DNA of 64,000 bases, taken from the NCBI GenBank assembly GCA_965224085.1, contig CBDCYI010000004.1, positions 736,001 to 800,000 on the forward strand, read 5' to 3'. This DNA is from Candidatus Marinacidobacterales bacterium. Its GTDB lineage: Bacteria; Acidobacteriota; Vicinamibacteria; Marinacidobacterales; SMYC01. Within the stretch, counting starts at the first letter, position 1. The number at the start of each line of letters is the position of its first letter. Of this stretch, positions 40,137-50,382 are shown piece after piece. A program made the position numbers and the translations under genes. A model generated the notes under the pieces. It did not search any database and was not told the origin of the DNA. It saw nothing but the letters and a program-made list of their open reading frames with translations.

Positions 40137-41282
40137 CTACCACAGCACTTCTTTCGGCAACGTGGCGCGCATCCGTAGAAGCCAAGAAGCGCATCCAAAC
40201 GATCCGCATGCGAGAAGTACCAGGAGCGGCGATCGATACCTCTCGGGAATCTTCGAGCCAATGACCAGCATCGCGGCTGGAGCCGCAGGGACGCAGTGGC
40301 GAGTGAAGACGATGAATCCCCAGACCACTTGATCTGGGAGCCAACGAGTGTGGGCAGTGGCCGCGGGAATGCAAAGGACGGGGACGAGAATGCTTGCTAT
40401 CCAGATCAACAATACCCGACCGGCGTCGCGCGGCACGAGCTTCAGGGAGAGAATGACGGCTGATAAGTAGAAGCAAAACACCGCAACGACGTACGGTTTC
40501 CGCACCCAGAATGCATCCCCTAAGAGCCCGCGGATCAGGGCCTCCCCCGGCCAGGCGAAGTAGGGGCCTGCGTCTGCCGGTCCTCTCACATACAGCAGGA
40601 AATCTCCGAACCTGAGCCAAAAGTACGCAAAAAGACATGTGAGGGCGAAGGCTCCCGCTAGCGCGGACACGAGAGCAGCGTGGCGTTGCGGTCGAGTGCC
40701 CTTGAAAAGTATGAAAAGACCAACTGGGAATAGCCAGACAGCGGTAATCTTGGTGAGTACGGCCACGGCCAGCGACACCGACGCTCCCAGCCGGGATCCC
40801 TTGAGCACGCATAGAACCCAACAGAGCTCCGAGAGAACCAACAGGCTCTCCGCATAGGCCGTGACACTGCCATTGAACCACTTGATGGGAAAGACGCAGA
40901 ATATCAACGCGGCGTAGCGTGCGTCCAGCCCCAGTTGCACGCCGATCAAGTAGGTCACCGACACAGCCATAGAGCTCAGCAACATGGACGCGAGTATCGC
41001 TGCAACCGGCGGTTGCAAGAAGAACTGAAACACCCAAATTACCGCCGGGTACATCGGGAATTGGAGGACGCTCTCCGGAGTGTCGTAGACTAGCGGGAAC
41101 GTCGCGGCGATTCGCAGGAACACCGAACCGTCATCGATGGACGCAAGCTGCTCGAGAAACGCATATCCTCCGCCAAAGTGAAGAACGAGAACGGTGCGGG
41201 CCAAGAAAGCGACGAGGAACAGCTGCGCGGCCTGCGTGTGGTGGCGAGACACCTGAACATTGTACGAGGCCTGGTCCCGCAT
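40137..41282 (-). CDS. GT-C-type integral membrane glycosyltransferase (mannosyltransferase-like)
   Basis: DDG.VFLRIA, FPMYPAVI, AYAESLLV; many TMs. Confidence 0.7.
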   Translation of the reverse strand: MRDQASYNVQVSRHHTQAAQLFLVAFLARTVLVLHFGGGYAFLEQLASIDDGSVFLRIAATFPLVYDTPESVLQFPMYPAVIWVFQFFLQPPVAAILASMLLSSMAVSVTYLIGVQLGLDARYAALIFCVFPIKWFNGSVTAYAESLLVLSELCWVLCVLKGSRLGASVSLAVAVLTKITAVWLFPVGLFILFKGTRPQRHAALVSALAGAFALTCLFAYFWLRFGDFLLYVRGPADAGPYFAWPGEALIRGLLGDAFWVRKPYVVAVFCFYLSAVILSLKLVPRDAGRVLLIWIASILVPVLCIPAATAHTRWLPDQVVWGFIVFTRHCVPAAPAAMLVIGSKIPERYRSPLLVLLACGSFGCASWLLRMRATLPKEVLW

Positions 41283-41519
41283 TCCAATGGAGGCTCCACC
41301 ACATTATTTTGCACGGACTGTGTTCGCCAGCTCCACTCGCAGTACGGCACAGAGGGCGGCCTCGCTCGGTCGAAGCCTCGGTGCGACCCATCGACATGGC
41401 CGAACAAGCTAGCTACCATGGTGGGACCGCTTGCGACGACGTGTGTCGCGAATCCTAGCTCGCGCGCCCCCGGCTCGGAAGCACGCTGGCGCTGGCGCGA
41501 TTGGAACACTCCATCCATC

Positions 41520-42290
41520 ATGCTTGAAGTGGAACTACTCAGCCCCGAGCTCGTCGAGCGCGCTGCCGAGCTCTTTCATCGGGACGGTTTCGTGCTCTTG
41601 GAAGGCGCATTGACGCCCGAACAGTTCGCCGATGCCAAGCGCGGCTGCGATCGTGAAATCAAACGGCACATGGCGAAACTCGACAACGAGGGCCACCGCG
41701 GGTTTCGTCGCTACTCGTTCAAACAGCGGATGGCGCACGTGCCGGAATGGACGCAATTGATCGATCTTCAGACCATCCTCCCGATCCTCACGCACATCTG
41801 GGGCGGCGACAAATTCGTCTGCGCTGGTGCTGGTGGAGAGTTTTCGGCGCCCGGGGCCAGAAGTCAGAAACTGCACTCGGACCTCCCCGACGTTTTCAAC
41901 GATCCGTGGCGACAAACGACTTGCCAAGACGTTCCCGCGCCGTTCGTAGCGGTTCACTTTCTGATGGTCGATTTCACGGAAGAAAACGGCGCCATCCGTA
42001 TCGTGCCGGGCACCCAGCGATCCAGACAACCAATCCCGAAGCCTTCCATCGAACCGTTGTGGATGAAGAAATCCGTCCTCTGCGCTCCCGCCTCCACCGC
42101 CATCATCCGCGACATTCGATGCTGGCACGGCGCGACCGCAAATCGATCGGACGAGATACGACCCATGATGGATGTCTTCTATGTCGCCCCTTGGTTCCGC
42201 TATCCCGGGACCGAGAGAACCTTTCCTCGCCGGGCGTATGCGAGACTGTCCCCGACAGCGCGGGCGTTGTGTCGTTGTATCGTGAAGTAG
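41520..42290 (+). CDS. phytanoyl-CoA dioxygenase (PhyH) family protein
   Basis: FHRDGFVLL, QKLHSD, DFTEENGA..VPGT, WHGATANRS; start uncertain. Confidence 0.9.
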   Translation: MLEVELLSPELVERAAELFHRDGFVLLEGALTPEQFADAKRGCDREIKRHMAKLDNEGHRGFRRYSFKQRMAHVPEWTQLIDLQTILPILTHIWGGDKFVCAGAGGEFSAPGARSQKLHSDLPDVFNDPWRQTTCQDVPAPFVAVHFLMVDFTEENGAIRIVPGTQRSRQPIPKPSIEPLWMKKSVLCAPASTAIIRDIRCWHGATANRSDEIRPMMDVFYVAPWFRYPGTERTFPRRAYARLSPTARALCRCIVK

Positions 42291-42527
42291 ACGAGGTCGT
42301 CACCTGCGGAGTGTCGAGCTTCCTTCACTCGGCGCGACCGCTGATGTGGTGAGAGTCGACGGCGCTTCGAGATTGGCGGGCGGTCAGCTCTCTCCGAAGC
42401 TCCCGTAGACCGAGCAAGTGCTCGTACGCAAGCCGCGGGATCTTCGAGGGCCGGTAGCATACGATCGGTGGTTGTGCCGCCAGGCGCAGAACTCCCGCGC
42501 AAGCCTCGGGAGGTCGCGACGGATCTC

Positions 42528-44186
42528 CTACTCTCCGTTGAGACGGTAGACGGTGGCGCCCACGGATCTGCGCTGTATCTTCTCCATCACGAAGTTTGGA
42601 ACGCTTGCTTCGAATGCCGGCGACCGCTCGAGATCGCCAAGCAAGGAGTTCCTGGACCGGTGCCACACCACCGTGGAGCCGTTTGGTCGCCGGAACTGAA
42701 ACGTGTCGAAGCGCGCGCCACCTGCCACCTCTCCGGACGCCACCGTCACCTCATAGAAGAAGAACAGGCTGCCCGGCGGCGGAGGTCTCGCGTGTACTCG
42801 ATCCCCGAGACCAACGCCTTTCCACCGAAGAAACGGGCCCGCACGATCCGCCAATCGCGGATCGGTGTAGACGGGTTCTTCGGCGCTGGCAACGAAGTCA
42901 ACCAGTGCCCGTTCCCCGAACATCGGGTTGCGCTCCATCAGATACAAGCACACCGAGTGGGTCGCAAAAAGCGTCGCGAGCGCTGCTCGAGCCAACCGAC
43001 GACGGGTGGTTGCCCCGATCCAGAAAGCGATGAGCACAATCGCGGCTAAGGCAGCCACCATGAAGTAGCGCGGTCGTGGTCGGAGCTGCACGACGTGAAC
43101 CACGATGACAAACCACAAGATTGCGAACGCCACCAACAATCGCAGGAAGCGCCGCTGTTCCGCCGAGACCGAGTTGCTGCGCCAGGCGATCCATCCGGCA
43201 GGAATGGCTAAGTAGAATAGGACACCGAAATCCGCTCGGAGGAAGAGATTGAGTGTTGAACATATGGTTCGATTGGAGGCGAGCTCGCACGGGTACCCGT
43301 GAATGGGGGCGATTTGAGGAAGGCGCGCGATCATAGGTCGAGAGATTGCCACGAGCCGATGCAGCGGGTCACCGCTTGTGAAGAGGTGCCAGGCCGCCTC
43401 GGCGGCGAACAGCGAGCCGAACCCGAGCGCGATGAAGAAGTACGCCCGTCGAGGCAAATAGAGACCGAGCAGGAATAGCACACCGTACAAAACCAGCAGC
43501 GCCACGATGGTTTCGTGGGACAACCACCCAAAGCCGGCTGCGATCCCCGCACCGAAGAGCAGGAGTGACGGACTCGGTGCCCGTGTGGCTCGACAGTAGA
43601 GCCACAGCGACAGCACTACGAAACACACGAGAGGCACGTCGACGCCGGCGATGGTCCCCTTCGTCACGAAAATTGGAAGCGTCGCGAGCAGGGCGCTCGA
43701 GATCAGCGCTGTTCTCCGATCCAAGAAATCCGCCACAGCAAGATAAGTCAAAACTACCAGAGCGAATAAGTACGCAGTTGTCGGCAGAACGAGCGCGAAC
43801 TCCGACTCCCCGAACAGAGCGATGGACGCCGCCGTGGGCAGAATCAAGCTCAGACGCAGTTCCTGATGATGAGAAGAAGGGCGTGGGGCCGCTTCATCGT
43901 TACCGCTCGATTCGAAATAGGAGATGAACTTCCTCGCGCCCACCAGGTATTGTCCGTCGTCGCTTGCGATGTAGCCCATCGGCACGAGCCAAAGGAGGGA
44001 GCACAGCAGGAACAAAACGGCGGCGATATCGAGCGCCTTTGTAGAAAACTCAACGTGGGACAGGGACGTCACAATATTGATTATTCTATAGTGTGGGACG
44101 CGCGAGTTCATCACTCCCGATGACGGCGGGCTCGCGGCAGGTGACGCCGGACGTGGAGAAGTTTGGAACCAGTTCGTTCGCGCCAA
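42528..44186 (-). CDS. ArnT/GT39-like membrane glycosyltransferase
   Basis: SDDGQY, ALFGESEFAL, many TMs, PRYF; start uncertain. Confidence 0.8.
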   Translation of the reverse strand: MARTNWFQTSPRPASPAASPPSSGVMNSRVPHYRIINIVTSLSHVEFSTKALDIAAVLFLLCSLLWLVPMGYIASDDGQYLVGARKFISYFESSGNDEAAPRPSSHHQELRLSLILPTAASIALFGESEFALVLPTTAYLFALVVLTYLAVADFLDRRTALISSALLATLPIFVTKGTIAGVDVPLVCFVVLSLWLYCRATRAPSPSLLLFGAGIAAGFGWLSHETIVALLVLYGVLFLLGLYLPRRAYFFIALGFGSLFAAEAAWHLFTSGDPLHRLVAISRPMIARLPQIAPIHGYPCELASNRTICSTLNLFLRADFGVLFYLAIPAGWIAWRSNSVSAEQRRFLRLLVAFAILWFVIVVHVVQLRPRPRYFMVAALAAIVLIAFWIGATTRRRLARAALATLFATHSVCLYLMERNPMFGERALVDFVASAEEPVYTDPRLADRAGPFLRWKGVGLGDRVHARPPPPGSLFFFYEVTVASGEVAGGARFDTFQFRRPNGSTVVWHRSRNSLLGDLERSPAFEASVPNFVMEKIQRRSVGATVYRLNGE

Positions 44187-44280
44187 AGCTCGCTTTCACG
44201 GGCCCCCAGAAGATCTCCCGTGCTCTCGCCGCAAATATGAACTTCCCCGTATAGAGGAAGAATGAACTAGAGTTCTTGCC

Positions 44281-45663
44281 GTGGATAGAACCATCAACTG
44301 GGTTGATGCGATGGTCTTCGCCGGCTACTTCGGAGCCGTAGTCTGGATCGGCTTCCGGGCCTGGCTCCGCAAGGGCAGCGAGGACTTCTTGATCGCCTCG
44401 CGCAACCTCGGCCCTTTTGCCAGCGCCGTCTCGCTCTGTGCAAGCAAGACCGGAGCCGGCGCTTTCATGACCCACACCGCCTATGTGTACCTCTACGGCA
44501 CTGCGGCCATGTGGGGGTTCGTCGGGGCCACGGCGGGTTACATCGCATTCTACTTTTTTGCGGATCGACTCAAAGAGCTCGCAGATCAGGGGAAATACTA
44601 CACGCTCCCCGACTATTTCTTCGACCGCTTTGGAACCGGGCCCGGGTATGCTTCCGGGCTGTCGCTGGTGATCATTTACGTGTTGGGACTGACGGGCCAG
44701 TGTGTCGGCGGCGCCAAGATCCTGGCCCTGATTACGGGTGCCAGCTACGGAGTCGGGCTAACCGTGATGATCGTTCTCATCGTGGGATACATTCTGATCG
44801 GCGGCTTCGCGGCGGTGGTTCGAACCGACATTCTGCAGTACCTCGCCATCTTCATATTGACGGTGATTCTCGCCGCGGCGCTGATGAATGGCAGTGCAGC
44901 GGGTAGTTGGAAGCACATCGATGTGACGCTGAAGCCGTCGATTTCGTTTGCGTTGTTCTTCGGTGCAGCGATGGTCCCGTTCGCGGCCGGCGATGTTTGG
45001 CAACGCGTTTACGCCACGCGAGGCCGGCTCGAGGCGCGTCGCAGCCTACTTTACGCGATCGTCATGTACGTCACTTTTGGGGCGCTGTTGACTTCGCTGG
45101 GGCTGCTGGTGAAAACGATGCTCCCCAACTCCGATCCTGACGTGGCGCTGATTCGCGCGTTTGGACTCTATTTGCCGTCCGGACTGATCGGCGCGGCAGG
45201 AGTCGTTGTTTACGCGGCGTTGATGTCCACCGCGGATACCAATCTGTATACCGCGGCTTCTGTCTTGGTCCAGGACTTACTCGGATTGACTCGCCGAGGC
45301 CAATCGCCCAAAACAGTGGTTCGGTGCATACGCGCAGCGACGGTACTGATCGGTTCCGTCGCGTTCGTCGTTGCGCTGCTGATCCCCGAACTCGTGCGGT
45401 TGGGTTTTCTTTACCTTGCGATGTACACCAGCGTCGGGGTCGTCGTATTGCTCAGCATTTTCGACCCTAGGCTAAGCCCGCCCGCGTTGGCCTGTGGTCT
45501 AGCGGCGGGCGCCTCTGCGGTTCTCGGTGGGTTTCTGATGGTCAGCAGCGCGTGGCTGATTTGGTTGGGCGCGGGGGCAAGCATTGGTGTCACACTACTC
45601 GTCGAAACCCTCGGCGGTCGACGGCAAACTGTACGGCCGGCGCGGCGCGAGACGACCCCATGA
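44281..45663 (+). CDS. sodium:solute symporter family protein
   Basis: EDFLIASR, YTLPDYF..RFG, GGF.AVVRTD.LQ, WQRVYA, AALMSTAD. Confidence 0.9.
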   Translation: MDRTINWVDAMVFAGYFGAVVWIGFRAWLRKGSEDFLIASRNLGPFASAVSLCASKTGAGAFMTHTAYVYLYGTAAMWGFVGATAGYIAFYFFADRLKELADQGKYYTLPDYFFDRFGTGPGYASGLSLVIIYVLGLTGQCVGGAKILALITGASYGVGLTVMIVLIVGYILIGGFAAVVRTDILQYLAIFILTVILAAALMNGSAAGSWKHIDVTLKPSISFALFFGAAMVPFAAGDVWQRVYATRGRLEARRSLLYAIVMYVTFGALLTSLGLLVKTMLPNSDPDVALIRAFGLYLPSGLIGAAGVVVYAALMSTADTNLYTAASVLVQDLLGLTRRGQSPKTVVRCIRAATVLIGSVAFVVALLIPELVRLGFLYLAMYTSVGVVVLLSIFDPRLSPPALACGLAAGASAVLGGFLMVSSAWLIWLGAGASIGVTLLVETLGGRRQTVRPARRETTP

Positions 45664-45759
45664 GTCCTCCGGATTGCGGTGACCGTCAGCCGGCACGGCA
45701 ACGAGAGTGGCACATGCGTCGTTTCGAAGCTCATGCAAACGCGAGCCGGGCGTCCCACG

Positions 45760-46130
45760 GCAAGGGGACGCAACGTGGAATCTGCGCCCCCGGGCGGTTC
45801 GTTCGCATCGAACAGCCCACAGGTCCTGCTGGCGACCAGACCGTTCTCATGACTGTTGGGGACGGGTTCAGCCACGACGGTCCGACTGCCGTGTATTCTC
45901 AGACGGGAAAGACGAAAATCTTGATCGAGCGCGGGCGGGACGCCCGCTATCTGCCAACCGGGCACCTCGTCGGTCGTCCGAAACGGAACGCTCATGGCCG
46001 CTCCGTTCGATCTCGAAGCACTCGAGCTCTCGGGCAGCTCCCGTCCCGATGGCGGAGGGCGTCACGACCGCCCGGGAATCCGCCGCCGCGGCGTAGTTCA
46101 GCGTTTCGGAAACGGGCACGTCGGTCTATT
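45760..46130 (+). pseudogene. remnant of the beta-propeller region of an acidobacterial Ser/Thr kinase
   Basis: LIERGRDARYLPTGHLV / NGTLMAAPFDLEALE / PVPMAEGV / FSVSETGT across frames with a stop. Confidence 0.6.
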
Positions 46131-46164
46131 AGACCGGTACCGCTCGGGCAAAGCGGACCCTCCC

Positions 46165-46270
46165 GTGGGTTAGTTTCGTCGACTTGACCGGAATCTACCG
46201 AGAACGCCCAGAGCCTCTCTACGTTGACGATGGTTGTCATATGAATCTCGCTGGCCAAACGATCATAATC
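46165..46270 (+). pseudogene. SGNH hydrolase-like C-terminal fragment
   Basis: FVDLTGIY....EPLYVDDGCHMNLAGQ (DxxH). Confidence 0.5.
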
Positions 46271-46562
46271 CGCTCGAAGCGATTGACCAATCGGCAGAAA
46301 ACTGATAGCGACTCTCGCACTACCTCGAGCGGAGCCCCCTTCGGCCCGCATCTGGCCGACCAGTCGACTTGATCGCGAGAACGTTCTTTGCGGCATCCCC
46401 TAAATCGTCATATCCTTCATTTCAGGAATCCTCCTGGATGCTTTCGTTTAACTGATTCTGGCGAGATCCGCCGGCTCGTCCTCTCGGCAGTGGGAAGTGT
46501 CGCATGAGGTCGCGCAAGAGGGAGAGGGGCCGAGATTTTCATGAATTACTGATACAGGGCAT

Positions 46563-46730
46563 TAGTGCTCGAACCCGCTAATCCTCGGTAGAGTCCGAGG
46601 TCATTCTTGGTGCTGGCAAGGCCGCTCCGACGACTTCATATCTAGACTAGATATTTCGAGGAGGAGCAACGCAGCCAGCGCCGAAAAAGGACCCGGAATT
46701 TACCGGCAGGATTAGCAGGTTCGGGCACTG
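46563..46730. repeat. 168-bp fold-back (MITE/ERIC-like) element
   Basis: Ends TAGTGCTCGAACCCGCTAATCC / GGATTAGCAGGTTCGGGCACTG; nested GGTGCTGGC/GCCAGCGCC and GCTCC/GGAGC; centre ATATCTAG-A-CTAGATAT. Confidence 0.8.
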
Positions 46731-46958
46731 GGCTCGTGCACGTGGAGAGAATGAGATTTCTCGAGCTGGAATTTGCTTTGTCCCAGAGCTTTGGTCTCGG
46801 TGGAGGGAGCGCTTCCTTTCGCGTCCGGGGTGCTACGCACGCCGTGGCCACGGCGACATCGTTCTCCGTGCTCCTGATTCTAAGCTGGATCCTGGGTACG
46901 GACGACGCGATGATATCGACGAAGACATGGCCTCGGTGACGGACGCGTAAGGAGGAAT

Positions 46959-47795
46959 TTGACCTTGATCGAAATGCGCGAGCTCATCGAAAATCTCGCC
47001 GTCGATTACGGCGCTCGCATTCTGGGCGTCATCGTCCTGCTCATCGCTGCCTGGATCGTTTCCGCTTTTGCCGGACGCGTCGTCGTTCGCGTTCTCGAGA
47101 AGGCGCGGTTCGGCCTCACCCTCACCAAGTTCTTCGGGAGCGCCGCCCGTTGGTTCACCTTGATTCTCGCTGGCATCGCCGCTCTCGGCGTCCTCGGGGT
47201 CGAGACGACGAGCTTCGCGGCCGTCATCGCCGCCGGGGGCCTCGCTGTGGCCCTGGCCTTTCAGGGCACGCTCAGCAACTTCGCCTCTGGCGTCATGCTG
47301 CTGGTGTTTCGGCCCTTCAAGGTCGGCGACGTGGTTGAAGTCGCGGGAGTGACGGGACAGACGGACGAGATCGGCCTCTTCCAGACGACCGTCGATACCT
47401 TCGACAACCGGCGGGTCGTGCTTCCAAACAGCTCGATCTTCGGCTCCACCATCGAGAACATGAGCCACCACGAGACACGCCGGGCCGAGGTTCCCGTCGG
47501 TGTCGATTACGGCGCCGACATCGACCGGACGCGCGAAGTTCTCGAGGAGGCGGCGAGAAGCGTTCCCGGCTGCCTCTCCGATCCCGGGCCCCAAGTTGTC
47601 CTCACCGGACTGGGTGCTTCGTCCGTAGACTGGGAGGTGCGCATCTGGGCGTCCGCGGACGACCTGTTCTCGGTCAAGCAAGCGACCGTCCGTGCCGTCA
47701 AAATAGCGCTCGACGAGACCGGTATTCCGATCCCCTTTCCTCAGCTCGACGTCCACCTCGACGCCGAGCGCAAAGGAGAGACCATCGTTCGATGA
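46959..47795 (+). CDS. mscS: small-conductance mechanosensitive channel
   Basis: GLAVALAFQGTLSNFASG..RPFKVGD, VGVDYGADID, IPFPQLDVH; AGGAGG RBS. Confidence 0.93.
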   Translation: MTLIEMRELIENLAVDYGARILGVIVLLIAAWIVSAFAGRVVVRVLEKARFGLTLTKFFGSAARWFTLILAGIAALGVLGVETTSFAAVIAAGGLAVALAFQGTLSNFASGVMLLVFRPFKVGDVVEVAGVTGQTDEIGLFQTTVDTFDNRRVVLPNSSIFGSTIENMSHHETRRAEVPVGVDYGADIDRTREVLEEAARSVPGCLSDPGPQVVLTGLGASSVDWEVRIWASADDLFSVKQATVRAVKIALDETGIPIPFPQLDVHLDAERKGETIVR

Positions 47796-47823
47796 CGCGA
47801 TGGGCTTCGATCGCGGCGGGATT

Positions 47824-48165
47824 TTAGCCGGACGATTTTCGCACCACCAACGCAGTATTCTCATCGCGCCAGGAGATGTGGTCGATGTCCAGGAAATGGC
47901 GCCGGAGGTTCCGCTGGAACTGCCTCATCGCCCAATCGAACTCGGCGGCCTCGTAGAGCGCGAAGGTCGAGTAGTGACGGTTTCTCGCCTGCTCCTCTAG
48001 CACCTAGCGGACGAGCGCCTGGATTTGCTGTGATGCCGCGCCTACCTTGCTCGTTACCGCACACAACGCCGGACGACCTGGCTCACGATGATCGAAACGG
48101 CGATCCGCAAACCGCGAATGCAGGCTCTGCCCATAACGCGGGGGTCGAACGTGATTCGACCAAAC
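47824..48165 (-). pseudogene. debris: DUF433 N-terminal fragment plus a C-terminal fragment of another gene
   Basis: GRITFDPRVMG-RACIRGLRIAVSIIVSQV at ~48075-48165; separate tail RHYSTFALYEAAEFD.. ending 47824. Confidence 0.55.
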
Positions 48166-48326
48166 GTGGTTTCACCGGCCATCTTCGGACTCCCGCGCAT
48201 GCATTCGACCTGAAACGGTCTCCGCGCGTCCCTTTGCTCAACGACTTCGTGGCTAGCTTGTGCCGGAGGTTGGAAGTCAGGGCGGGAAAATGAGTCAAAT
48301 CATTGGAGAGGTGCTCCTTTGTTTTA

Positions 48327-48402
48327 TGGTGCCGGGGGCCAGAATTGAACTGGCGACGCAAGGATTTTCAGTCCTTCGCTCTACCGACTGAGCTACCCCG
48401 GC
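48327..48402 (-). tRNA. tRNA-Phe(GAA)
   Basis: GCCGGGGTAGCTCAGTCGGTAGAGCGAAGGACTGAAAATCCTTGCGTCGCCAGTTCAATTCTGGCCCCCGGCACCA cloverleaf with encoded CCA. Confidence 0.98.
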
Positions 48403-48415
48403 AAAAGAGCCCCCC

Positions 48416-48443
48416 ATTCTAGCGGCGGGCGGAGAAAAGTCAA
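48416..48443 (-). promoter_or_regulatory. sigma70-type promoter of tRNA-Phe
   Basis: TTGACT-N16-TAGAAT on the minus strand. Confidence 0.75.
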
Positions 48444-48450
48444 GATGCGG

Positions 48451-48494
48451 AAAAAGTGCGGCCGGAGCCTCGCGGGGGGGTGCGGGCTCCGGCC
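48451..48494 (-). terminator. intrinsic terminator after recA
   Basis: GGCCGGAGCC..GGCTCCGGCC stem followed by GCACTTTTT on the minus strand. Confidence 0.65.
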
Positions 48495-48509
48495 TTCGCC
48501 CCGAGGGGC

Positions 48510-49619
48510 TTAAGCTCGTGGGCGTCCCGCGACTTTGACCTCGCGGGGGCCGCTTCGCGCTTTCGACGCCTTCGGGGCAGCGGCCTCCTCTTCATTTGCG
48601 GCGGGTTGGGCTGCGCCGTCCGAGGTTAGGCCGAGTTCCTTACGTAATTGGCTCTCCATTTTCTGGGCCACGTCTTGCTTGTCCATGAGGAAGCGCCGAG
48701 CGTTCTCGCGGCCCTGACCGATACGCTCTTCTCCGTAGGAATACCACGCGCCGCTCTTTTCAATGATGTTGTACGACACGGCGAGGTCGAGGAGATCGCC
48801 CTCTTTCGAGATCCCTTTACCATAAAGAATGTCGAACTCTGCTTGGCGGAAGGGCGCGGCGACTTTGTTCTTGACGACTTTGACTCGTGTGCGGTTGCCC
48901 ACGACCTGGTCGCCGTCTTTGATGGACGCGGTCCGCCGGATGTCGACACGGACTGAAGAATAAAATTTCAGCGCCCGGCCGCCTGTCGTCGTCTCGGGAT
49001 TCCCGAACATCACGCCGATCTTTTCGCGGATCTGGTTGATGAAAATGAGACAGGTGTTCGATTTCGACGTGATGGCTGTGAGCTTTCTCATCGCTTGCGA
49101 CATCAAGCGCGCTTGAAGACCCATCTGCGCATCACCCATTTCGCCGTCGAGCTCGGCGCGTGGCACGAGCGCCGCGACCGAGTCCACCACGATGACGTCG
49201 ACCGCGCCGCTCCGGATGAGCACTTCGGTGATCTCGAGTGCCTGCTCACCGCTATCGGGCTGCGAGACGAGCAGCTCGTCCGTGTCGACACCGAGCGCTT
49301 TCGCGTAGACCGCGTCGAGCGCATGCTCGGCATCCACGAAGGCAGCCATGCCGCCCGTTTTTTGCGCTTCGGCAATGATGTGAATCGCGAGCGTGGTCTT
49401 ACCTGAAGATTCAGGTCCGTAGATCTCGACGACGCGCCCTCTGGGCATCCCGCCCACACCGAGCGCGGCATCGATCGATATCGAGCCGGTAGAGATGGAC
49501 GTTACATCCGCTGTATCGCGCGAGCCGAGCTTTATGATCGATCCTTTGCCGAACTGCTTTTCGATCTGGCCCAACGCCATGTCGATCGCTTTGGACCGTC
49601 CGTCTTTGTCTTCCGCCAT
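48510..49619 (-). CDS. recA: recombinase A
   Basis: [53 protein letters not shown]; AAGGAG RBS before ATG 49619. Confidence 0.99.
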   Translation of the reverse strand: MAEDKDGRSKAIDMALGQIEKQFGKGSIIKLGSRDTADVTSISTGSISIDAALGVGGMPRGRVVEIYGPESSGKTTLAIHIIAEAQKTGGMAAFVDAEHALDAVYAKALGVDTDELLVSQPDSGEQALEITEVLIRSGAVDVIVVDSVAALVPRAELDGEMGDAQMGLQARLMSQAMRKLTAITSKSNTCLIFINQIREKIGVMFGNPETTTGGRALKFYSSVRVDIRRTASIKDGDQVVGNRTRVKVVKNKVAAPFRQAEFDILYGKGISKEGDLLDLAVSYNIIEKSGAWYSYGEERIGQGRENARRFLMDKQDVAQKMESQLRKELGLTSDGAAQPAANEEEAAAPKASKARSGPREVKVAGRPRA

Positions 49620-49857
49620 GGTTCTCCTTTCCGGGAGGCTACCCCGTGTAGCCTTCGGATCGTGTTCTGGTTCGACTTCGGGGAAGTCGTAGGACTCCCC
49701 ACCACCGGAGACGACCCATGCAACGGCCGCGCTCTGGCTCTTCTCCATCTAGACGAAATCGAGACGTTGTAACCTCCCGGTCGGCGGGAGCCTACCACAT
49801 ATAGAGTGCTCAAGCCAATCACCCACCGGATATAGATGTGTTACGCTCTCGTTTCCG

Positions 49858-50376
49858 ATGCCAACACCTGTCGCTCACGCTCTCGCCGGCGCTGCTGTTC
49901 ATCTCGCTGCGCGTCAAGATCAAGACCGCCGGGAAAACTTCTTGCGGTTCGGAGTCACCGTCTTCGCTGCTTGTGCCGCCGATCTCGATTTCGGGATCAG
50001 CTTTCTCTCCGGTCACAACTATCACCATTATTTCACCCATAGCCTCGGGTTCGCCACTTTTTTTTGCTTGGCGGCGTATTTTTTCGCCCGTTGGGCCAAA
50101 CGGTCTCTTCCCGAGCGGGACGCGTGGATACTCGGCGTGGCCTACGTCACGCACATCGTCTTGGACATGTTCTCCAAAGACACGGCCGCACCTTTCGGGG
50201 TGGCGCTTCTATGGCCGTTCTCGGATACGTTCACCATCTCGCCCGTGCCGCTCTTCGACGATATCTGGAGAGGGTCGCTCAAAAAGCTCCTCGGACTCCA
50301 CAATTGGCTCGCGGTGGCGCGTGAAATCGCGATCGTGGGGCCGGTCGTCGCGCTCGTGTGGTGGCGGCGCCGTTAG
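49858..50376 (+). CDS. YdjM-like membrane metal-dependent hydrolase
   Basis: MPTPVAH, ADLD, HHYFTHSL, THIVLD, GVALLWPF. Confidence 0.85.
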   Translation: MPTPVAHALAGAAVHLAARQDQDRRENFLRFGVTVFAACAADLDFGISFLSGHNYHHYFTHSLGFATFFCLAAYFFARWAKRSLPERDAWILGVAYVTHIVLDMFSKDTAAPFGVALLWPFSDTFTISPVPLFDDIWRGSLKKLLGLHNWLAVAREIAIVGPVVALVWWRRR

Positions 50377-50382
50377 GACGAG

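Noticed and set aside
46470-46535. Cobalamin riboswitch (GGGAA seen, B12 enzyme nearby)
   Set aside because: The B12-box and other core elements could not be found, and it is not upstream of a relevant gene
46563-46730. Retron msr/msd, 6S RNA or riboswitch
   Set aside because: No adjacent RT and no recognisable conserved motifs; kept only as a fold-back repeat
49660-49700. LexA box upstream of recA
   Set aside because: The GTTC pair is spaced by 2 nt rather than the GTTC-N7-GTTC pattern; nearby short hairpins are uninformative
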